Below, piece after piece: positions 1 through 12,823 of a stretch of DNA of 64,000 nt; position 1 is the stretch's first letter; each line of letters opens with the position of its first letter. A model generated the notes under the pieces. That model was not told the DNA's origin, did not search any database, and was given only the letters and a program-made list of their open reading frames with translations. Origin of the DNA: Ruditapes philippinarum (Eukaryota); the NCBI RefSeq assembly GCF_026571515.1, contig NW_026866838.1:434001-498000 (forward strand), in the 5' to 3' direction. Both the position numbers and the translations under genes were made by a program.

Positions 1-269
1 CAATTTCCTTTTTTTCCAACATGATACACAATTTCTTAGTTTGTCAGATCATATTCATAAATGGCATATCAAAAAATGTTCCAAAATCAACAAATGATAA
101 ACATATTCTAAGTTTATCACATAATTAACTCAATCAGCAACATAGCAGTCGCTAAACTTACTCAAAATCTATTCATTCATTTGCAACACAATGACACTAA
201 CCATTATCCAATCTTAACACATTAGGTGGTTTTTAACATAATTGTTACACTAAGTCCTTGTTGTGTTGT

Positions 270-3200
270 TTAATATAAATCATCTGTGTATTCACTAACT
301 GGGTTCATTCCTCGATCTATCAATGCCTTCCTCTTTCTTTCCTCCTCTAACTGTTTCTGTATCTGTTCTTCCCTCTGCATTTCTAAAATCTCATCTATTG
401 GTACTTCATCTAAAGGTAAACTATTTTCATTCTCAACATCCTGTGAAAAAAATGCATTATGTAAAATCATATTTCAATTTAAATTCTAGAGGAAATAAAT
501 TAATCAATGACTTATCAATGTAATTCTTAATCATAACATCATTAAAACAATTTGTAAATGATTCAAAAACAAAACCTATTGGTCTATCAGCTTTTAACTG
601 GATGCCAACATAAGACCACTCAAATCTTGTCGGAAGTTGCTTGTTCCATTATATATTATGTCTCAGATGATATTGATACCAAATATGAGGGGACAAATCT
701 TTTAATACCATAGGATTCCTATAATCTGTCACTCTACAAACAACACTTCATAAGCCATTCTTATCCATAAAATATTTGAAACTTTACAATATCGTTGCTT
801 TTTGATCAAATGGACACAAATTTAAGGGCCTGTGGAATGAAATTTTGAGGAATATTCAAACAAGAGCCTGGTTTGAGCAGGGTGATGCTCCCAGAATAGG
901 TTTTGGACACAGGAAAGTACACCTCTTGTAGTTTCAGAGTTATGTCCCTGGAAAAAGTTCAAAGTGCAATAGTTCCAAAATTAGGCAAGGCAGAGTTACT
1001 GTTCCTTGCACTACACTTCTAATCAATGTGATCTATCAACCTACAAAGTTTCTTGTTGATATCTCTTATCGTTTCCGAGTTATGTCCAGGACAACTTCAA
1101 AAAGTAAAAATAAACAAAGGGCAATAACTCCAGAATTAGGCAAGGCAGAGTTATGATTCTTGTACACTGCACATCTACCAATGAGATATATCTACCTACA
1201 AAGTTTCATGTTGATATCTCTTATAGTTTTACAGCTATGTCCTGGACAAGATTTTTCTAAAAGGGGGGATAATTCAAAAATGAGGCTTAACTGAGTTATG
1301 GTTCTTTTGCACTGCACTTTAACTCAATGAGATCTACCTACCTACAATGTTTCATCTTGATATCTCTTATAGTTTTAGAGATATGTCCCGGACAAAGTTC
1401 AAAGTGTTAAAATTAACAAAGGGCAATAACTCCAAAATTAGGACAAAAAGAGTTATTGTTCTTATGCACTGCACATCTACCCATTGAGATCTATTCACGT
1501 ACAAAGTTTCAAGTTGATATCTCTTATAGTTTTAGAGTTATGTCCCGGACAAGATTTTTCTATAAGGGGAGATAATTCAAAAACCGGACAAAAAAGAGAT
1601 ATGGTTCTTTGACACTGCACTCCCCCTCAATGCCCTCTACCACTGTATGAAGTTTGAACAAATTATCTTCAAGGGTTTTCAAGTTATGCTCCGGACAAGA
1701 CAACGGACAGACAGACGGACGGACAAGGCGCCGACTATATGCTCCCCCAAAATTTTTCGGGGACCATAAAAAATTAAGGAAAATAAACAGTTTTCATTAT
1801 AAGCCAATCTTACCACTTCTCCCAGTAGTACAACATTCTCTCCTCTAACAATGAAGATTCCTCTAGGTATATCTCCATATTTCCTGCCGACATGTATTCT
1901 TTCTATTGTTCTATGAAGTACTAAATTTGCTGAAATATAACATAACTCACATCTTATATTTACTCTGTATATTTGTAATTAACCCCAGTCCTAGGCAAAA
2001 TCAAATATTAAAATAGCTCAATTGTTTTTGTTTTTTTCTCAAATCAAACAACTTTAATAAAGAAAAAAACAGAGTTTAAGTTTGTATAACAATTTTCTAA
2101 ATCCTGAATAGATTTTCTTCAGGTTTACACAAAGTATAAAGTAAGTAAACAAGAACGGGATGTAGAACAACACATGCATAAAGTTAAGTATAGCAGTATC
2201 ACTGATGTTTGATAATGATCACAAAAAATCAAAATATGAAAACATAATTGAGCCGCGTCACGACAGAACCAACATAGTGGGTTAGCGACCAGCCTGGATC
2301 CAGACCAGCCTGAGCATCCGCACAGTCTGATCAGGATCCATGCTGTTTGCTGTCAGTTTCTCCTCTTGTAATAGAGTCGGTAAGTGAACAGCATGGATCC
2401 TGATCAGACTGCGTGGATGCGCAGGCTGGTCTGGATTCATGCTGGTCGCAAACGCACTATGTTGGTTTTGTCGTGACGCGGCTCATTTGTTGATTACTTT
2501 CTACATACCAAACTGATCTATGCTGCGTAAAATTCCAATCAAAGTTCTTCCATCTCTTAACACAACTAACAATTTCTCTACAATAAAAAACAGAACAAAA
2601 TAAATGAATCAATCATATCAAACCATTATTATTCCTTATTTTATTGTTTGCAATTTACAAGGTTAAGATTGTTACATTTAAACAATTAAGAGCCTGCTAA
2701 ACCTGGCACAGGAAGTTGAAATTTAATCAATACATCACAAAACATACGTATATTAGTGATATAACCCTTATCTGTTTTTTATATAGAGATAAGGGCTATA
2801 TCACTAATATACGTATATTTTGTGATGTATTGATTAAATTTCAAATTCCTGTGAACCGGGTGATGCTCCCCGAAAAGGTTTTGGACACAGGAAGGTATAC
2901 CTCTTGTAGTGTCAGAGTTATGTCACAGACAAAGTTCAAAGTGTAAAAACAACCCAAAGCTGTGCGCGACATGTCGTCTCAATATGGTGATCATATCTGT
3001 GAAATAATTGTAAAATCCGACTTCAAATAACGAAGTTATGGGCTGGACACGAATTCGGGACGAATGTCTGTACGTACGTACGGACTGACAGACTGATTGA
3101 CAGACAACATGGCGACTATATGCTCCCCCGAAATTTTTCGGGAAGCTTTAAAAGATCAAAAGGAGTTAAGATGATAACTGATGAAATAATATAACCTCGA

Positions 3201-3608
3201 AATCATGTTGTTATTGGCAAAAACATTTTTTCATAAAGGACAATTCCTGCACTGCAGATATTGTCATTAATGTTCCATTAATTTTGAATCACCTTCAAAT
3301 GACCTGATTGCGACACAAGATTTTGCCTAATGCTAGCATGTTGTTACAAAAATTATGACTTTGTAAAACTGCAGTAAAACATGCTTCTGTTGCTCAGTTG
3401 ATTCAGATTGCCAATAATTTTAAGAGATAGGAGACATGCTTTAAAATCGTTAACGACCACAAGTCTGTAGCCAAGATAAATAAGTTAATCCAAGTCAATT
3501 TAAAATACTAGTGTCCAAATTATTTGTTGTCCGAATACTACTACAGTGATGTCACAACTTACTATCAATTTCTTCAATTAAACTTGCAGTTCCAGGTAAG
3601 TAATTCAT
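270..3608 (-). CDS. LSM1: U6 snRNA-associated Sm-like protein LSm1, 4 coding exons (3563-3608, 2509-2577, 1814-1929, 270-440), 133 aa
   Basis: Manual splicing at GT-AG sites with consistent phases gives MNYLPGTASLIEEID-KKLLVVLRDGRTLIGILRSIDQF-ANLVLHRTIERIHVGRKYGDIPRGIFIVRGENVVLLGEV-DVENENSLPLDEVPIDEILEMQREEQ...DDLY*. This has the Sm1/Sm2 motifs and matches LSm1 as I recall it. Exon lengths 46+69+116+171=402 nt. Confidence 0.97.
859..1772 (+). mobile_element. Helentron-associated non-autonomous element (HINE-like) with internal ~150-bp tandem repeats, in LSM1 intron 3
   Basis: Starts AACAAGAG, has subterminal ATGCTCCC, and internal repeats containing AGAGTTATG/CACTGCAC/GGGCAATAACTC (~150-bp monomers, ~300-bp dimer). 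A (GACA/GACG)n microsatellite precedes the 3' hairpin TATGCTCCCC...GGGGACCATA and an A-run. Confidence 0.75.
2249..2485. mobile_element. Palindromic MITE (~237 bp)
   Basis: Long inverted arms TGAGCCGCGTCACGACAGAACCAACATAGTG ... CACTATGTTGGTTTTGTCGTGACGCGGCTCA; a second family member lies at 63684-63917. Confidence 0.85.
2686..3152 (+). mobile_element. Short HINE copy (same family as 859-1772), interrupted by a foldback MITE
   Basis: Shares GGGTGATGCTCCC..AGGTTTTGGACACAGGAA with 880-915 and the 3' GACAGAC..ACTATATGCTCCCCC end. Confidence 0.7.
2707..2853. mobile_element. Foldback MITE with CACAGG...CCTGTG termini (P/hAT-like)
   Basis: Near-perfect ~147-bp palindrome flanked by AACCTGG / AACCGGG (7-bp TSD, one mismatch); absent from the homologous site of the HINE at ~870. 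Confidence 0.7.
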
Positions 3609-5615
3609 TTTAATACAGCAGAGACATGTATTCCTTATTAAAATATAATCTTGACATTTATTTTAATTCGGAAAGAAACTGAAATGAGCTGAATTTGTAA
3701 AATTCATATAAATATGAAAGCTTCCAGTGATACTGATTTAAGAGTAGAAGGACCCAAAGAGGAAAATTGAAAAAGTTCAAAGTAGATAAAAGTATATATT
3801 TTGTGACCACGAGATAGGTCGACCAGACACAATACCATAACTATAACTTGCATATCCGATCAATTAACACAGTTACGTTATATAGACTTAACACACTTTT
3901 TTTTCTCTTTTTTTTTCTATATATCGCTTAACTGCATGATCCCGATTTTTGATTCCCTATGGCTGTACGTGTTACTTGGTCCAAAATTGAGTTACGAAAA
4001 GCTTAAAGCCTTAAAAACGCAAGAATGTTTTAAAGAAAACTAATTCGCTTGAAATTCTGGATAGCTTTTCTCCATCAAGATGAAATTTCTTTTTCTGTGA
4101 TTATGGTGTACATATATTTTGCGCTGAATAAAGTACCGACAGAATATATAATTATATTATGTTTCTGATTTAACTCCGTTTAACATACTAAGATAAAAAC
4201 AGAAAATAGGCATTGTGCATTTATATGTTAACGATCAAAACGAATAATTTGAAACGGACGATTTTTTTTTACTCTAGTATGGAATTATGGAACAATTAAT
4301 ATTCCTTCACAATAAGAAATTTTACAAGTCTTACATATTGTTTAAGTTACATTTTGAACAATTATTATTGACAAGAGATAATTTATAAACAATATATACA
4401 TGTACCTGGTATCCAAATATGATATAGTTGTCTCTTGTATTGCATGGATAAGATGAAGATGTACCAAATGTAATGATTTCTTTTGTTACTTTTGATATGT
4501 CTATTTTCTCATGTTGCAAATTCTTTGAAGCCCTTGCTAAAAGTAACATTTTGAATTATTTTTTCTTTAAATAAAGAATTTGTTATATTTATAACAATTG
4601 TAAGTTTTATTGTTATCAGTCAAGAGAGCTGCTTTGCAAACATATCCCCTTTACATACATATGGGACTATATTCTATTGTAACCGCTCATCTCAGTAAGT
4701 CTACCTTGTTATCCTATAAAGAAAAAAAAATTACCTGCAAACCAGAGATTTGGGTATATTTTGAACATGAAAATGGTCAAAAAAATGAAAACCTTACATA
4801 ACGTCTAAAACGAAAAATTGGTGTAATGTTGCAGCCTCGGTTCGATGGAAAGTGCTCAGCGGAAAATGCAGCACTGCCTTTTCTTTATTGTTTATTTTGA
4901 ACTAAAATGGTTAAATGAAATTGACCATTATTACCCTAGCCTTTTCATCTATAGTTTACGTAGACAATAAACAACTGTCTATTGCTCGCATATATCATTG
5001 GCGGTAAATGTCCCTTTTCTTCTCTAAATTTATAGTTCATTCTGTATTTGGTTGACAATTAGAACGCATGTTGAAAATACTAATTTACATCAATCTTCAC
5101 AATTAACGTGTTGCATATATATTTAATCATACAATAAAGTATTCACATAGGTTACATTAATTTAATGTTTACCGCCCTCAGTGTGAATATTTGCTTGATG
5201 ATGAATATTACGACTGTAATGATTATTGTGGATACACAAAACTATTTTGATTGAGTTTGCTCATGATACAAATTGTCATATATTTATATGATAGAGTAAT
5301 GTGTTTATATGAATGTGATACATGCGAACTCTAGTACACCTAAATACATGTATACTGTGCTCCTCTTAGTTCACGGTACTTAACGCTTTGAAACAAGACT
5401 CCAAACCGGTAAAAATAAAAACGCTTACAATCTCTAAAATTCAGACGATGGATCCTGTATGTTGTAATTAAGGATGTAACAACACTTAAGTGAAATTTTA
5501 TATTCTTCTAAAACAACTTCTTAACATCAAAGAATATGTTCAATATGTACTGCAAACGTTAACGCAAAAAAATGATAGTATTTCTGAGACATAATGGGCC
5601 TTTAAGCATTGACTT

Positions 5616-5639
5616 CATCATCATCATTACATCATAACA

Positions 5640-5670
<31 letters not shown>

Positions 5671-5673
5671 TCA
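5616..5673 (+). repeat. (CAT)n/(CAC)n microsatellite
   Basis: CATCATCAT and CACCACCAC runs. Confidence 0.8.
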
Positions 5674-7638
5674 ACCGTCATTGCATTTGAACATTGACTG
5701 ATTTACCGCGACAGGCTCGACTTTAGCGGCGATGGATCAACTGACAGACTGGCACTGTTTGAATTAATAGAATAACAACAAATATTCTATGAAATGTTTG
5801 AACAAATGTTATAAGACACCATAATGACATTGAGCTAAATATTAACCCCATGCTTGAAATAAAATAAACATTTAGATTTTAAAGAAAACGTAAGGAGAAA
5901 GAATAAAAGATCGCAATGGATTGACAGTCCTTCTCGGACTTATTTTTACATATCTTTTTAATATACACTTTAGCTAAAAGAAATTTTCTGTATGGACTCC
6001 GGGTACGAATTTGATTAAATCGTTAATCTTTTAAACATCAAAGTGGTTCTGTTTGGATTGTAATTACAACATTACTTTTACAATATTAGTAAAACCAAAA
6101 GGTTAAGTGTAATATATAATCCTGGTAAAGGTAAAAGAGATTTCACTTCAAAACACTCGTCAGTACTTACACAACTCAATAAAATAGATTATGAGGCACA
6201 CTTCATTGATTTACCTACCTTTCCAATATTTCACAAGTATCGACAGGTCCCATATAGGAATGGTAAAGTCTCGCTGAACTATTTGTATAAATCACTTGTC
6301 CGATAACCCAATACATGTCGATTGTCACGTGGCACTTTCAATAGTTTAAAACATTAAACCTGATATTTACTTCATTATTTCTTTACAAGTGATAATTGAT
6401 CGAAACTCTTTGGTTAGTATTTATCTACATTTTCTAAATCATAATGTAAATAAAATAAATATGTCCGCCAAAATGTTGTCCATGTACACATTTCAGTTAT
6501 AATGCTTTTTCTCCCGGTTAATAAAAGGGTGTCTGAACGCAATTAACCTGTTAATTTTATATTGGATTGTTTATTGTAATATAGTATTTTGTATTGTACT
6601 GTACTGTATTGCGTACTGTACTGTACGGACTTATCCGTTCTTTTCCGAAGTTTGGCGGAAAGAGCCTAGAAGATGCTTTGCGAACACAATAGTAAGAATA
6701 CACAGAACATAAGAAACTGAATTCAACATGCACACAAAAAGTAACTTAATGCTAGGAGTTGATTAAATTCATAAAAGTTAACCTGAATTAAGTACATTTG
6801 TAGAGATAAAAGTAAACAGAATACTATTTTTATAAATTGTTATGCTTGTAAAAACACACGAAAGTACAAGAAGTCTAACTGTTGAAATTAATTCGGACAT
6901 GGTTATAATTATATTATTATTATAATAAGTGGGCATTTTAAAATTTAATATGATTGTCAGACATTTTTTCAGTCATAATTTGACTGAAATATACTTTCTT
7001 TTTCTTTGGATGTCAAACATTATAGATTTGATATACATTATCAAAGATTACACCCTCTGTTAATTGTTTACATCTGACACCACGTGACAGAACTACTCCA
7101 AGAAGTTATTATGAATAATAGCCGAAGTGTACCGATTGGATTTAAAGGTAACCACCGGCTATATGTAGGAAAATAACGAACACCATTCTTTGAAATTTGG
7201 TATGACCTTAATGAATTATCAAAAAAATTGTGTTAATTATAAAACAATTAAACAACTGCTTTAATACCTAATTAAGACGTATATAACAACGCTATTTGTT
7301 TCAGGACAGTCCCCAAACTAATGGTACCATATTCAGTGTTCAATAGTTCAGTGATACCGCGGGTATGCAATATCTATACTTATTGATCGGTAAAGTAAAC
7401 GATTGGAACGAAATGTATTGAATAAAATTGTTCTGAAATGTCAGCAAATTATGTCAAGTCTAATTGAGGGGAATTTTATATCAATAGACTATAAATCGGA
7501 TATAGTTCCCACATAACGAATTATAGGTTTTATATGATTATAACAAGAACGTGGGAAATGTTTAAACACGAAGAAGTATGTAATATTTAATTAATGAAGA
7601 CTTAAAATTTTAAAATCAGTTAAAACTTAAGAGGAAAA

Positions 7639-10178
7639 ATGACGACGTCAGTTTCCACAGTGAGTTCAGTGGTAAATACGACGGCAAAAGAAATATCCGA
7701 CGACGACGATTCGGAAGAATGGATAGAATCACCGACTCCAAGAATAGTGTTTCTTTCGGTTTTCATTTCGTTTGGATTTTTGGGAAATTTGTTTCTAATC
7801 ATAACTGTTTGTCAATCAAGGAAGTTCCGCTCAATAGCATTCTTTATTTTTGTGATCCATTTAGCCGTAATAAATATCTGCGAGTGTGTATTAAACATGT
7901 CAGTTCTATTGGCATCAAGTATTATAAACAAGTGGCAATTTGGCGATTTAGCCTGTCGACTTAGTTCATTTTGTTTGAACTTGATTTCTATACAGACGAT
8001 TCTAAGTTTGACGATCGGGCCCGCAGATCTTTATACCCTGCGTAAAAGGGGAAGCTACGAGCAGGGGGGGTATAAACCAAGAATTGGGTAATTTTTTTCA
8101 CGGGGGTGCAGTCTTTTTTTCGTTCGCGTTCCCCATTGCCATAGGAGTTTTTCCAACAATTGAAAACTTACATTGTTTTTTTTGCCATATTAAGACACAT
8201 CCGTGGTATATACAACTTTTAGTGCTGTACTTTGCTTTATCGTGCCTTTTGTTTTAATGGTAGTCTTTTTCGTGAAAATTATAAGAACGGGTTACACCGA
8301 CAGAATTGTCAACCGGAACATAATTGCACAACGGAATTACAATGATAAATCTGCAGAAGAGCCACGGATTATGCAAGACTTCCGGCATGCTAATTTGACT
8401 GGTACAATTTGTATTGCCTGGCTTCTTCTTGAAGCGCCTCATGTTCTGACGTCATACTTCAAACAACTTCAGAATAGTTCAGAACTTGATAGCTTAAAGA
8501 GGGAGGATTTGAGATACGTTTGGTACGTCGATCTTGTGTTACTATGGTTACGGTTTTGCTATGCTATGGCTCTTCCAGTTGCCTCTTTCACATGGAGTAA
8601 AGACCTTTGGAACAGTTTTAAGGATATCATTCTATGCCGTAAAAATAATTCAATAGGTGATGAATCTTTAAAGAAAAACGAAAATGAAAAGATAAGATTA
8701 GAAAAGAAAATAAGAGAAGAAAAACTAAAAGAAAAAGAAGCCAATATAACAGCAAGAGAACAGAGGGTTTTCCACGTACCAGAATTGTTCGCAACGTCAA
8801 AAGGCGTGAATCCGGACTGAAATAGGACACGGGGAAAAGGGAAACCAAACAGAAAAGCAATAACAGAGAAACTGGGAAAGAAAAAAGTGACGTCATAGGT
8901 TTTACTACAACATTAACAACAAGAAAAATACACCATGATTATGATTCCGGAAACGACTTTATTTTCTCTTTTCACACCCAAAATTTAGTGAGAAAAAAAT
9001 GAGGAAAAAACTAACGGGCCGAAAAATTTTTTCCCAACCAGAGGGCGGGACAAGGTACAGAATTTTGAAAAGCAACGTTTGCACGTTGGGTTTTTACGTC
9101 AGAGGGGGATTCGGGGCAATTTAAGTCATTTAAATAATGCAAAACAGGAAAAAAAAAATCGATTTCAGTACCCAGTGAGAAATTAATTTTGCACAATACA
9201 CATGACAAGCTTCAAACTGAGATTATGGATGGGGCAGATCTATTTGTGTCACAAACCCCTAAAACTATAGTAGAGAACGATGAGCCTGATATATATGCTG
9301 ATTTTCCAATTCAAGACAATGCAGTGAAGGGGGATATAGATCCTGAAAGTAAAGAAATTAAAACTTGCTTTGTAGACGAAAATGTGGAATGTACAGAAAA
9401 TATAACAAAGTCCCCTAAAAAGTCTGCAGGTAAGATATTGAACACTGTTGTTGAATCGCCTTTGCCCAGACGAAAGAAAAAACGACGCAAAGAGAAAAAT
9501 ATAGACACTCAAAGTATTACATCAGTGACCTCAATAGTGGGTGTTCCTCCTCGGCCACCACCTAGGCTGGCACCTATTGCGGCCATTAAATCTTTAGTTT
9601 CTGGACCCGTTCGGCCGGGTTCAAGTTGTTCAAGCCAGGTATCTTTCACGGACAGCAATATTGATGGAAGACAAAGTGTGCTAAGCTGCGACAGCTGTGG
9701 TGACATTACAAAATCAGATGCAATGTCGTTTGACAATCTTTCAGTTTCTTCATTATCCACTCGGAAAAACAAAAAGAGCGGGAAATTTAAACAAAACCTG
9801 CTCCACGAAAATTTCAGCAATAATTTATTGACTGACAAAGATTTGCTAAGTTTGGATTGTAAACGAGAAATCAAAAGTGTTCCTGAAGAAGTGCTCACAC
9901 CTTCAGACTGCAAGTTTGAAGACAGGGTATCAGATATTCACAAACTTTATCCGGTGGAAAGTGGAATTCAAACGACTCAGACGGGAATAGTTAATACCGG
10001 ATATGAACAGTGCTCGGATGATGACGTCACAAAAGTGATGCAAGACGAGGTTCGGGTAAGAAACAACGAAGCACGGAGGAAGAGACGAGAGAAACAACAG
10101 TTTACGGAGAAATTATCCCCCACGGCATTGCTCAATGAAGGGAATGGATATCAACGACTTGTTCCAGATACCCCATAG
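7639..10178 (+). CDS. Class A (rhodopsin-like) orphan GPCR, GPR161-like, apparently single-exon, with a long C-terminal tail; frame broken in two garbled segments (~8015-8200, ~8810-9190)
   Basis: ORF 7639-8091 gives TM1 (GFLGNLFL), TM2 (HLAVINICE), ECL1 WQFGDLAC and TM3. ORF 8203-8820 gives TM5 (CFIVPFVLM), TM6 (AWLLLEAPH) and TM7 (WLRFCYAMALP..W.K). ORF 9189-10178 is a hydrophilic Ser/Lys/Pro-rich tail. No convincing introns lie between the pieces. Confidence 0.85.
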
Positions 10179-10370
10179 ATAGGTAATTATAAAATGAAAT
10201 ATATCTATACAATTATATATAATAGGACAAACTTACACTTTAAAATAAGTGTCTAACACCTGCGACTGTAGAGCTAATTAACATGTAATCAACTTTAATA
10301 CAACAAATTATAAATAGTTAGTTTCATTTTCCATGCCAACACACTGGAAAGGAATTGATATAAGTATTAT

Positions 10371-12823
10371 CACGCCCGTTTAACTCACAACGAGTGAAAA
10401 ATGTCCATCGGTTAAAATGTTGTGAGCAACTTCCGTTCCTCGTTGTGAGCACCCGTCTAGGACGTTTGACACGATAAACAAGGTGAGTTTTTCATATTTT
10501 TTAAAGATTACGGACATTTATGTAAAAATATCGGAATGCAGTTAGCTAGCGATGTGTTTTCCGAGTATGCACATGTAAAGATATTGCCTATTGGTCGACA
10601 ATTTGATGGAAATACCGTGCGACGCAGTCACTCGGGGTAGCTGGAAAACTGGAGACAACTTCTCTCCGGACCAAATTTAACATTGAAAACGTCGATTTTG
10701 GTGAAGTTTTGTGCAATCTAACCTTAAACAGATGCCCGCAAGTCTTCAGCGTAAATTATTACATGAAAGTCTTCATAGAAACGAAGATATACCCTTATTT
10801 GCTTTAATCCTCGTTGTGAGCACCATAACCTCGTTGTGAGCAAGACAAGCGCAGTGCGTGTCTGGTTTAAATATGTTATTCAGATGGTGAAAAAGGGGGC
10901 GTCCGTAGCTGAGTGGTTAAGGTCGTTGACTTCAAACCACTTGCCCCTCACCTCTTTGGGTTCAAATCCCGACAGGGACTTTGGATTCTTTCATGTGAGG
11001 AACCTATCCAGCTAGCTTACGGGACGTCGGTGGTTCTACTAATGAGAAATAATGCACGGAAGGGCACCTGAGGTCTTCCTTCACCAGTAAAGCTGGAACG
11101 TCGCCATATGACCTATACTGTGTCGATGTGACGTAAAACCCAAAACAAAAGATGGTGAAAATATAATTTTCAATCTACCAAAGCAATTAAAACGTTTTTG
11201 CACAGCAGCATTTCTTTGCAAGACGTTGTGCATATCCCGAAGGGAGGCATATTAGTTTTGAACTGTCCGTCCGTCAATCCGTCCGAAAACTTTAACATTG
11301 GCCATAACTTCCTCATTAGTAAACGGATTTGATTCATATTTGAACACAACATCCCTTAGCACAAGACCTTCCTACGGGCCTGTATTTTTTTCCTTGACCC
11401 CTGAATGGCCTTTACCTTGAAGGTAAAATTGTCCAAAAACATTTAAGATTGGCCATAATGTCCTTATTAGTAAATCAATTTAATTCATAATTAGGCACAA
11501 CACCTCTTTGGACAAGGCCTTCCAACTGCAGTACTATTTTTTTTTCAGTGATTGGACATGGGGTCGTTCAAGGAGAGACCGAAGTGAGGCATCAAGTATG
11601 TACTTGCCCTGGTCTGAAAAAGATTAGAACTACTAGAAAAACTGTCAGTGATGCATAAAAATCAAAAGAAAAGTTTTGGTCATGTCTCTTGCAAAAACAT
11701 TATTTTCAGTTAAACACACTGTAAAATTAGCTAACCCAAAATTCTACCAGTGGTGAAACACCTAAGAAGTCAAGAAGATTTCTTAAAATGCCACTATTTC
11801 ATGATGAAAATGCTATTTAAATGTCAAACACAGACTGTCATGAGCTTTCTAGGAAAGACAGTGCTATTAAAATCATGAAAAATGCTCGTGTACAGAGCAA
11901 ACAAACGCTGAGAACTATTTGAATCTGTTATTGTGCGACTATCGTTTTTCGAGGAGGATTACTTATTTTGTGTATTGTAACTTTTAACACTTCACTAGTA
12001 TATTCTTAGCTTAATAGATAATGGTAAACAAAAAAACTGCTTATACCTACAATTTTGCAGATGTTTTGCTGTTTGTGCAAATGGTGGTGAACTAATAAGG
12101 GGAGGTTAATTATGTATTTAATTGCATATACTTCGTATTGCCAGAGTTTGGGCAGTCTGTGTGATATAAACATGCATGTATTTATCCTGATTTTTATTCA
12201 TGTTAGACTGGCCAAGTTATGTAGACAAAGAAGAACTATTGCAAAGAGAAACTATTGTGCAAAAACGTTTTGATTGCTTTTGGTAGATTGAAAATTGTAT
12301 TCTCCCCACTTGAATTACATATAAAAACCAGACACGCACTGCGCTTGTCTTGCTCACAACGAGGTTATGGTGCTCACAACGAGGATTAAAGCAAAAAAGG
12401 GTATATCTTCCTTTATATGAAGACTTTCATGTAATAATTTACGCTGAAGTCTTGTGGGCATCTGTTTTAGGTTAGAATGCACAAAACGTCACCAGAATCG
12501 ACGTTTTTCAATGTTAAATTTGGTCCGGAGAGAAGTTGTCTCCAGTTTTCCAGCTACCCCAAGTGACTGCGTCGCACGGTATTTCCATCAAATTGTCGAC
12601 CAACAGGCAATATCTTTACATGCGCATACTCGGAAAACACATCGCTAGCTAACTGCATTCCGATATTTTTACATAAATGTCTGTAATCTTCAAAAATTAT
12701 GAAAAACTCACCTTGTTTATCGTGTCACACGTCCTAGATGGGTGCTCACAACGAGGAACGGAAGTTGCTCACAACATTTTTACCGATGGACATTTTTCAC
12801 TCGTTGTGAGTTAAACGGGCGTG
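10371..12823. mobile_element. Non-autonomous foldback DNA transposon with ~590-bp TIRs, CAC...GTG ends and 2-bp AT TSD (CMC/EnSpm-like)
   Basis: CACGCCCGTTTAACTCACAACGAG at 10371 is the exact reverse complement of 12800-12823. The arms align from 10371-10890 plus 11150-11225 against 12235-12823, with internal CTCGTTGTGAGCA repeats, and AT flanks both ends. Confidence 0.85.
10895..11149 (+). mobile_element. tRNA-derived SINE inserted in the left TIR
   Basis: A box (TAGCTGAGTGG) and B box (GGTTCAAATCC), non-tRNA body and AAAC-type tail; 12-bp TSD AGATGGTGAAAA at 10882-10893 and 11150-11161; absent from the right TIR. Confidence 0.9.

Noticed and set aside
576-718. Apparent minus-strand exon with AG/GT boundaries inside LSM1
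   Set aside because: It has stops in all three frames, and LSM1 splices perfectly without it.
9249-9913. Minus-strand ORFs (87, 65, 134 aa)
   Set aside because: Antisense shadows of the GPCR C-terminal ORF.
10895-10980. tRNA gene
   Set aside because: The tRNA-like head continues into a SINE body with a tail and a 12-bp TSD, and a degenerate sister copy is present.
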